DNA of 64,000 nt from Macrostomum lignano (taxonomy: Eukaryota): contig NIVC01002800.1 in NCBI GenBank assembly GCA_002269645.1, forward strand, positions 38,194 through 102,193, in the 5' to 3' direction. The position numbers and the translations under genes were made by a program. Under the pieces are notes generated by a model that saw only the letters and a list, made by a program, of their open reading frames with translations, had not been told where the DNA came from and searched no databases. This document shows, piece by piece, positions 46,301-55,329 of the stretch. How positions within the stretch are numbered: the first letter of the stretch is position 1; each line of letters begins with the position of its first letter.

Positions 46301-49300
46301 CGTCAGCAGCAACAGCAGCTTCTGGTGGTTGACCTCGTTTCTGACCTGGCCACTGTCCTGGATGCGTGACTACTTTGTTAGGCCGCAAGTGAGCCTGCAG
46401 GACTGCCTAGACGCTTTCTTCTCCAACGACGATCTAAAGGTGAGTGTCGGTGAGTGTTAGGGAGTCGGCTTTTATGTCGGTTCAGAAATTTATATTGGTT
46501 TCGAATCAGAAAGTGACATAGGTGTCGGTTCGGATATCGACATAGGTGTCGGTTCGGATATCGACATAGGTGTCGGTTCGGATATCGACATAGGTGTCGG
46601 TTCGGATATCGACATAGGTGTCGGTTCGGATATCGACATAGGTGTCGGTTCGGATATCGACATAGGTGTCGGTTCGGATATCGACATAGGTGTCAGTTCG
46701 GATATCGACATAGGTGTCGGTTCGGATATCGACATAGGTGTCGGTTCGGATATCGACATAGGTGTCGGTTCGGATATCGACATAGGTGTCAGTTCGGATA
46801 TCGACATAGGTGTCGGTTCGGATATCGACATAGGTGTCGGTTCGGATATCGACATAGGTGTCCGTTCGGAAAGCGACAGCTCGGGGAGTGTGTTCTGCTG
46901 TCGGGCTGAGTGTCGGTACTGCCACGCCCGCAGGGAGACAACATGTACCACTGCGCCAAGTGCGGCAAACTGCGAAACGGCATCAAATACTCGCGCATCA
47001 GCCGGCTGCCGGAGATGCTGACTGTTCATCTCAAACGGTTCAGGCACGACTTTGCCTACTCGAGCAAAATCCACTCACACGTGGCCTTCCCAGTTGACGA
47101 GCTGGATATGAAGCCCTATTTGCACAGGGACTGTCGGGCCGCTCAGACTGTCTATGACCTGACTGCCGTTGTGTGCCATCACGGCTCGACAAGCGGCGGG
47201 CACTACACCGCGTTCGCGCTCAACTACGCCGGCATGCAGTGGTACGAGTTCGACGACGCCCGAGTCAGGCCCGTTGATGTCAGCGCTGTGGAGTGCGCGC
47301 AGGCCTACGTGCTGTTTTATAGGTTGGTGACGAATTCCGTTTGGTGGTTATGCCACTTGATGCGGTCGAAATGTGTTTGGAAATTGCGTCACATCTGTAG
47401 ATGTGCTTTGAATGTGTCTTGCAGATCGTCACGAATGTGTCAGAAATGTGTCCGTTGGTTTGCAAGAATTGTGTCCACTAGTGTGTCAGAAATGTGCCTA
47501 GTGAATGTGTCAGAATTATTTCCGGTGGATGTGTCAGAAATGCGTCCGGTGGATATGTGTCGGAAATGTGTCAGAAATGTGTCAGAAATTTTTCAGGTGG
47601 ATGTGTTAGAAATGTGTCGGGTGGATCATGTGTCAGGTGGATGTATCAGAAATGTGTCAGGTAGTGTGTCAGAAATTTGTCCGCTAGATGTGTTAGAAAT
47701 GTATTCGGTGGATGTGTCAGAAATGTGTAAAATGTGTCAGGTAGTGTTTCAGCACTAATAACTCGCCCCCATCGCTCCAACTCCGCGCTGTCCATCTCTG
47801 CCAGAAAGCGTGACGAATGGATGCAGCCAATGCGAGTGAAAGTTAGCGAAATCATGGAGACGGAGGGGGTGAGTAGCGACTGTTGTTATTGTTGGAACAA
47901 ATTCGTAAAGTTCCAGTAGTTAGTTTGCATTTCCGCACAATTGCGATTCCTGAAGTTTAGCATTGCCCCGATCATTACAATTCATAGCTTTTGTTACATT
48001 CCCGAAATGTTACATTCTTCCTTAAAAATCACATTCCTTAGAGTGTGCATTCCTTGGAGATTACATTCCCTAGAGATTACATTCCCTAGAGATTACATTC
48101 CCTAGAAATTACATTCCCTAAGAGATTACATTCCCTAGAGATTAGATTCCCTATAGTTTACATTTAATACATTCCCTAAGAGATTACATTCCCTAAGAGA
48201 TTACATTCCCTAGAGATTACATTCCCTAAGAGATTACATTCCCAAAGAGATTACATTCCCTAAGAGATTACATTCCCTAGAGATTACATTCCTTATAGTT
48301 TACATTCCCTAAGAGATTACATTCCCAAAGAGATTACATTCCCTAAGAGATTACATTCCCTAGAGATTACATTCCCTAAGAGATTACATTCCCAAAGAGA
48401 TTACATTCCCTAAGAGATTACATTCCCTAGAGATTACATTCCTTATAGTTTACATTCCCTAAGAGATTACATTCCCAAAGAGATTACATTCCCTAAGAGA
48501 TTACATTCCCTAGAGATTACATTCCTTATAGTTTACATTCCCTAAGAGATTACATTCCCTTGAGATTACATTCCCTAGAGATTACATTGCCTAGAGATTA
48601 AATTCCTAGAATATTACATAATTTCCATCCCCTAGGCTAAATTTTTCAGGAATCCTACACAGAATCGCATTCTTACCAAAGCATTACTCAATGAATTTTA
48701 CATTCCCAAGAATGCTCCACCCCCTCCCCGGCCGCAGGACTCGTCCAGCCTCATGCCATTCTACATCTCCCGGTCTTGGCTAAACAAATTCAACACATTC
48801 GGCGATCCCGGCCCAATTAGCAACGAAGACTTCCTGTGCCCGCACCACCTGCTGTCGCCGCACGTGGCCGACTATCCCGAAGACGTGGTGATGCGCCTCC
48901 CCTACCGCGCCTGGGACATCCTCATGACCGAGTTCGGCGGCGGGCCCACAGTCAACAGGCTCGGCCCGTGCCCGGAGTGCGCCGGCGACTTGGAGCGAAC
49001 CCGCGACCGCGCCCGCCAGGAGCTGGCCACACTGACCAGGGAGCTGCAGCATTTCCAGCGGGCAGCCGGGCCTGGGCCGCTGTACTGCATCAGCATGCGC
49101 TGGTTCCGCAAGTGGGAGAGCTTCGCTACTGAGAAACAGCTGGAGCCGCCTGGGCCCATTGATAACAGCGGCATTGTGCTGCGCAGGGGCAACCGCCTCC
49201 TGCCTAGGGCTAACAGCGACTGTGCTCAGGTCTGCCTGCGGCACTTCCTCTCTGCCTCTGATTCTGGGTCTCTACCCTCCCTGATACTCCAGTGGGTCTC

Positions 49301-50751
49301 TACCCTCCCTGATTCTCCAGCGGGTCTCTACCCTCCTGATTCTTTAGCGGGTCTCTACCCCTTCCCCGATTCTTTAGCGGGTCTCTACCCCCTTCCCCGA
49401 TTCTTCAGCGGGTCTCTACCCCCTTCCCCCGATTCTTTAGCGGGTCTCTACCCCCTTCCCCCGATTCTTTAGCGGGTCTCTACCCCCTTCCCCCGATTCT
49501 TTAGCGGGTCTCTACCCCCTTCCCCCGATTCTTCAGCGGGTCTCTACCCCCTTCCCCGATTCTTCAGCGGGTCTCTACCCCCTTCCCCGATTCTTTAGCG
49601 GGTCTCTACCCCCTTCCCCGATTCTTTAGCGGGTCTCTACCCCCTTCCCCCGATTCTTTAGCGGGTCTCTACCCCCTTCCCCCGATTCTTCAGCGGGTCT
49701 CTACCCCCTTCCCCCGATTCTTCAGCGGGTCTCTACCCCCTTCCCCCGATTCTTCAGCGGGTCTCTACACTCCCTGATTCTCCAGCGGGTCTCTACCCTC
49801 CCTGATTCTCCAGCGGGTCTCTACCCTCCCTGATTCTCCAGCAGGTCTCTACCCTCCCTGATTCTCCAGCGGGTCTCTACCCTCCCTGATTCTCCAGCGG
49901 GTCTCTACCCTCCCTGATTCTCCAGCGGGTCTCTACCCTCCCTGATTCTCCAGCGGGTCTCTACCCTCCCTGATTCTCCAGCGGGTCTCTACCCTCCCTG
50001 ATCCTCCAGCGGGTCTCTACCCTCCCTGATCCTCCAGCGGGTCTCTACCCTGATCCTCCAGTGGGTCTCTACCCACCTGATTCTTTTGCGGGTCTCTACC
50101 CCCTTCCCCCGATTCTTTAGCGGGTCTCTACCCCCTTCCCCCGATTCTTTAGCGGGTCTCTACCCCCTTCCCCCGATTCTTCAGCGGGTCTCTACCCCCT
50201 TTCCCCGATTCTTTAGCGGGTCTCTACCCCCTTCCCCCGATTCTTTAGCGGGTCTCTACCCCCTCCCCCGATTCTTCAGCGGGTCTCTACCCCTTACCCC
50301 GATTCTTCATCGGGTCTCTACCCCCTTCCCCGATTCTTCATCGGGTCTCTACCCCCTTCCCCCGATTCTTCAGTGGGTCTCTACCCCCTTCCCCCGATTC
50401 TCCAGCGGGTCTCTACCCTCCCTGATTCTCCAGCGGGTCTCTACCCTCCCTGATCCTCCAGCGGGTCTCTACCCTCCCTGATCCTCCAGCGGGTCTCTAC
50501 CCACCTGATTCTTTTGCGGGTCTCTACCCCCTTCCCCCGATTCTTCAGCGGGTCTCTACCCTCCCTGATTCTCCAGTGGGTCTCTACCCTCCTCCCTATT
50601 TAACGAACCCCCTTCACCCTCAAAATGATTGTAATTATAATCACACTGCTCCTGCAGGTGTCCGGCCGCATGTGGCGCTATTTTCTCTCAATCTATGGCG
50701 GCGGTCCCGAAGTGAAGATTGAAGGCTCCTCCAGTCAGCAGCGACGCAGCA

Positions 50752-50782
<31 letters not shown>

Positions 50783-50909
50783 AGCCAGCAACGGAGGCAG
50801 CGTAAGCGGCGGCAACGATGAAAGCCGCTGCAGCGGGAACGAAAGCGAGACAGGCCGCGGCACCGATGCCAGCGCCAGAGCTGCGGCGCTTGACGCGGAC
50901 AAAGATTGA
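40314..50909 (+). CDS. USP20/USP33: Ubiquitin-specific protease USP20/USP33 (VDU) orthologue; exons 40314-40418, 40513-40629, 45152-46002, 46112-46439, 46934-47322, 47805-47868, 48738-49229, 50658-50909 (~865 aa)
   Basis: ZnF-UBP (CTH..CEDC..CLFQDCEYVGCG..DHS..H..RFWCSKC), Cys box GLRNLGNTCYMN, QQDTQEFLRCFMDQLHEEL, LKGDNMYHC, His box HHGSTSGGHYTA, two DUSP domains (FYISRSWLNKF, PGPIDN, IYGGGP). Exons total 2598 nt. The exon 2 donor is inferred to be GC. Confidence 0.94.
40677..45113. repeat. 4.4-kb minisatellite, 26-bp unit ttaggaagatgggatatca(g/a)(g)(t/g)gaga, ~170 copies, filling USP intron 2
   Basis: Directly visible; copy number estimated as length divided by 26. Confidence 0.97.
46510..46862. 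repeat. 24-bp minisatellite gacataggtgtcggttcggatatc (USP intron 4)
   Basis: About 14 near-perfect units. Confidence 0.96.
47430..47750. repeat. Degenerate atgtgtcagaa / ggtggatgtgt repeat (USP intron 5)
   Basis: Recurrent motifs with irregular spacing. Confidence 0.7.
48055..48610. repeat. 18/19-bp minisatellite agattacattccct(a)ag (USP intron 6)
   Basis: Directly visible. Confidence 0.93.
49255..50595. repeat. 28-32-bp pyrimidine-rich minisatellite gattct(t/c)(t/c)agcgggtctctaccc(c)ttcccc (USP intron 7)
   Basis: Directly visible. Confidence 0.94.
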
Positions 50910-51104
50910 AACTTCGATTATTAAATATTCGGTAATTATTATTTCCTTACTCTTCGTACACTGTTGTAGTTTGCACAGAGGAAACGTTCGTTTTAAATTT
51001 ATCATTTTCAGATTTCTTTCAAACCTGACATTGAGCGCATTTTTAATGTTCAGTTTTTGTTGTTGAGTTTTGTTTATCTATAAACACTTTGATGTATGCT
51101 TGCG

Positions 51105-51766
51105 ACTTGACCCACCACTACTGGTCGGGACTTGACCCATCACTACTGGTCGGGACTTGACCCATCACTACTGGTCGGGACTTGACCCATCACTACTGGT
51201 CGGGACTTGACCCATCACTACTGGTCAGGACTTGACCCACCACTACTGGTCAGGACTTGACCCACCACAACTGGTCGGGACTTGACCCATCACTACTGGT
51301 CGGGACTTGACCCACCACAACTGGTCGGGACTTGACCCATCACAACTGGTCGGGACTTGACCCACCACTACTGGTCAGGACTTGACCCACCACAACTGGT
51401 CAGGACTTGACCCACCACAACTGGTCAGGACTTGACCCATCACAACTGGTCGGGACTTGACCCACCACTACTGGTCAGGACTTGACCCACCACTACTGGT
51501 CAGGACTTGACCCACCACTACTGGTCGGGACTTGACCCACCACAACTGGTCGGGACTTGACCCATCACAACTGGTCAGGACTTGACCCATCACAACTGGT
51601 CGGGACTTGACCCACCACTACTGGTCAGGACTTGACCCACCACTACTGGTCAGGACTTGACCCACCACAACTGGTCGGGACTTGACCCATCACAACTGGT
51701 CGGGACTTGACCCACCACAACTGGTCGGGACTTGACCCATCACAACTGGTCGGGACTTGACCCACC
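51105..51766. repeat. 25-bp minisatellite cttgaccca(c/t)cac(t/a)actggtc(g/a)gga
   Basis: About 26 units. Confidence 0.95.
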
Positions 51767-52344
51767 ATATTTAGCCAGAAGGTATATTTATATCTGGTAA
51801 TGGACCCCGTAGTAAATGTTTTTGCTATCCTAATCATCTCATTTAATTTCGAAACGATTTTTAGCAAAAAAATAATTTTTGCCAATTCTTGCATGCTGCC
51901 TCGGTTACGAAGTTAGTTTAATAGCTTTTATTGTTTATGCCGGATTTAGGCTCGTTTTGCCTTGACGCTTCTTGCGAAGCGTTGACTCATTACTCAAGCA
52001 AAATTGTATTGTTTCTTTTAGGAGTGGAGAACCCTCTGCTGATCTGTTGCGCTGCTCCCGCTTATTTACAAGATTGTTAATTGCTTTTGTGTTGTCCATG
52101 CACGTGTCATGTGAATTTCAGATATTAAAATACACGAGTTTTGAGTATAATATATATGTATATTTGTTCATTGCCTCCTCTCGAATAAGAGAACGTTTTT
52201 CTAAACTAGACCTTAATTTTGCGTCAATTATTTAATATCTATTTCTAGGCTAAATAGTAGGCCTTATTTATACCTTCATTTTCATATTGTTAGCATTTAA
52301 CTGTAATCTTGCTTAAGTAGTAACACTGGGTGCTTAAGCACTAA

Positions 52345-53462
52345 AGCTGATGCTTAAAGCGGTAAGCTGGATGCTTAAAGCGGTAGGCGGGATGCTTAAA
52401 GCGGTAGGCGGGATGCTTAAAGCAGTAAGCTGGATGCTTAAAGCAGTAGGCGGGATGCTTAAAGCGGTAAGCTGGATGCTTAAAGCGGTAAGCTGGATGC
52501 TTAAAGCGGTAGGCGGGATGCTTAAAGCAGTAGGCTGGATGCTTAAAGCAGTAGGCGGGATGCTTAAAGCGGTAAGCTGGATGCTTAAAGCGGTAGGCGG
52601 GATGCTTAAAGCGGTAAGCTGGATGCTTAAAGCGGTAAGCTGGATGCTTAAAGCGGTAAGCTGGATGCTTAAAGCGGTAGGCGGGATGCTTAAAGCAGTA
52701 GGCTGGATGCTTAAAGCGGTAAGCTGGATGCTTAAAGCGGTAAGCTGGATGCTTAAAGCGGTAAGCTGGATGCTTAAAGCGGTAAGCTGGATGCTTAAAG
52801 CGGTAAGCTGGATGCTTAAAGCGGTAGGCGGGATGCTTAAAGCGGTAGGCGGGATGCTTAAAGCGGTAGGCGGGATGCTTAAAGCGGTAGGCGGGATGCT
52901 TAAAGCGGTAGGCGGGATGCTTAAAGCGGTAGGCGGGATGCTTAAAGCGGTAGGCGGGATGCTTAAAGCGGTAAGCTGGATGCTTAAAGCGGTAGGCGGG
53001 ATGCTTAAAGCGGTAGGCGGGATGCTTAAAGTGGTAAGCTGGATGCTTAAAGCGGTAGGCGGGATGCTTAAAGCGGTAAGCTGGATGCTTAAAGCGGTAA
53101 GCTGGATGCTTAAAGCGGTAAGCTGGATGCTTAAAGCGGTAGGCGGGATGCTTAAAGCGGTAAGCTGGATGCTTAAAGCGGTAAGCTGGATGCTTAAAGC
53201 GGTAGGCGGGATGCTTAAAGCAGTAGGCTGGATGCTTAAAGCGGTAAGCTGGATGCTTAAAGCGGTAAGCTGGATGCTTAAAGCGGTAAGCTGGATGCTT
53301 AAAGCGGTAAGCTGGATGTTTAAAGCGGTAGGCGGGATGCTTAAAGCGGTAGGCGGGATGCTTAAAGCAGTAGGCGGGATGCTTAAAGCGGTAGGCGGGA
53401 TGCTTAAAGCGGTAAGCTGGATGCTTAAAGCGGTAGGCGGGATGCTTAAAGCGGTATGCTGG
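52345..53462. repeat. 21-bp minisatellite ggatgcttaaagc(g/a)gta(agct/ggcg)
   Basis: About 53 units with two interspersed variants. Confidence 0.96.
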
Positions 53463-54364
53463 ATCTACTAGCTAGCTGCAAAAGGGAGGGCAGTCTGTGC
53501 AGTGCATTGCAAGGCCGTGGATGTTAAGAATGTTTTTCCTCTGGATCCAAAACAACCCAAGTCCCACTCTGTACAGTTTCTAAAGGGGTACAGAGGGGTG
53601 TTTGTACAGAACAGTGCAGTTATTTGCATTGGGTAGTATTTGAGTGGCTTAAATCTGTATACATACTTGTTCTATTATTAATTTAGATAGAGTTTAAAGC
53701 TACTTTTTAATTACTGACTGCAAAATCTTTGTAAATCTCTTTAGAAAAGGCAATGGTGGTTGTCTACAGTTTGTGTGGAATATAGTTTTTTCATTTGATT
53801 GTCCATCTTTGAGCGTTGGCTCTCCAATATTAATGTCTTTTTTTCAAACATGTCAATGTATACAATTGCGGGCAGAATGTATCTTAGATTTAACTGTTAG
53901 TGCGTGCATGTATACTGGCTGGTACATGTACATTATTTGAACATGGTCAGCCACTGGCCCACCACTGTACTATAGTAACCAACTTCATTTAGAGATCCAG
54001 GGTACCGCATATCTATCTGCATTTATATTTATATTTATGAATTATATATATGCAGATGCAGATAGATCGCTTTTAAAATTTAACGTATATATGCATTTGA
54101 AATGAGCCCATGCAGTTATATGCATGGCAACTACACTAGAAATCTGGCCTTTTGCGTGCATAATATAAATCCCTTGGGATCGAGTGAGTAAGTAGAACGA
54201 CTTATTAAAGAATAGAGATGATAGTAGAAGGGGTGACACAGTTATCAAATCAAAGTTAGCCCCCCTGATGTAGTTACACATAGAAATCTAGAATACTAAC
54301 TAGTATTCTAGATTTCTATGAGTTACATGCATAATAATTATAATTTCTTGATATTGTTGACATG

Positions 54365-54642
54365 ATTGATTACACCTGCCCCAATGTTGGGCAGATGTGC
54401 AACCGACAGCTCAGCCGCAGCTATTGCGTGGCGCATCTGAAGGCTGCATACGGCCGTTCAGTCCCACGACTGTGGGTTGCCACACACACACACACACACA
54501 CACCCATTTTACAGCTGCGTGAACTGAAGCAATGCAGAGTTAACTGTTGTTCAAGGACACAAATTGTTCCCAGTGGATCGAAATTCGAACCCCTGACCTT
54601 TCAGTCGCGAGTCTGACGCTCTATCCACTAGGCTGCATCACC
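54365..54642 (-). mobile_element. tRNA-derived SINE with a CORE-like central domain
   Basis: The minus strand reads ggtgatgcagcctagtggatagagcgtcagac...ggggttcgaat (A and B boxes), then tgtgtccttgaacaacagttaactctgcattgcttcagttcacgcagctgtaaatggg, which resembles the MIR CORE as recalled, then (TG)n and a tail. The 3' end is approximate. Confidence 0.75.
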
Positions 54643-54987
54643 AACATTTTGCAGTTGTACTATTAAAAACTGCCTGTCTAACTGTAGAATAAGCTTAGAT
54701 ATGTTTTTATTTTGTGTTAACTTCTATCTAAAGCTTGTTAACCTATCTGCAGACTGCAGAGGGCAGGCCTGGAGATCGAAATTCGAGAAACCTTGGCATA
54801 CAATTTTTAGCTACGAATACGAGCATGCAGGCACCACTCTCCCTGTGCTAAGTGCGCCCGACCCTGTGCATTTATTCCGAACTAAGCAGTTGATAAATAA
54901 GATTGTTTAGTTAAAGAAGGGCCGCAGTTAGTCTTAGATATTAGTGTTTACGAGATAGATGGATTTCATAAGCCTATTAATCTAAAT

Positions 54988-55329
54988 CAGGGGTTGGTAA
55001 ACTTTTTTACCTCAAGGGCCAGATATAGAACCTAGAGCATGACGGTAGAGAGGAAAGAGAGGGGAGATAGAAGAAAGGAGATGCGATCGGAGACGAGAGG
55101 AGAGGAGAGAAGAGTAGATGAGAGAGGAAAGGAGAGCAAAGAACAGAGGAGAGAAGAGATGAGAGGAGAGAGGAGAGTAGAGGGAAGAGTGCTGAGAATA
55201 GATATAAACATTGAGCGGGCTGGATTGCTATTGTGAAGTGAAGTCTCAAGGAACCTAGTCTCAAGGGCTAGCTGGATAGAGAGGCTTTGTGGGCCGCATG
55301 CGGCCCTCGGGCCAGAGTTTGCCGACCTG
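54988..55329 (+). mobile_element. hAT (Charlie-like) MITE, the most complete of three copies
   Basis: Left TIR caggggttggtaaact and right agtttgccgacctg; subterminal gggccgcatgcggccc; flanks atctaaat / ctctagat resemble an 8-bp NTCTARAN-type TSD. Confidence 0.82.

Noticed and set aside
1657-53471. Long ORFs over tandem arrays (e.g. 2133-2948, 3358-4083, 9471-10865, 15084-15476, 17017-17502, 18420-18956, 22973-23707, 46506-46925, 52350-53471) as repeat proteins
   Set aside because: They arise because the unit happens to lack a stop in some frame. They lie inside introns or UTRs of real genes, lack splice or start context, and often appear in several frames and on both strands.
54585-54642. 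tRNA gene
   Set aside because: The A and B boxes are present but the acceptor and T stems do not close, and it runs straight into a CORE-like domain. It is called as a SINE head instead.
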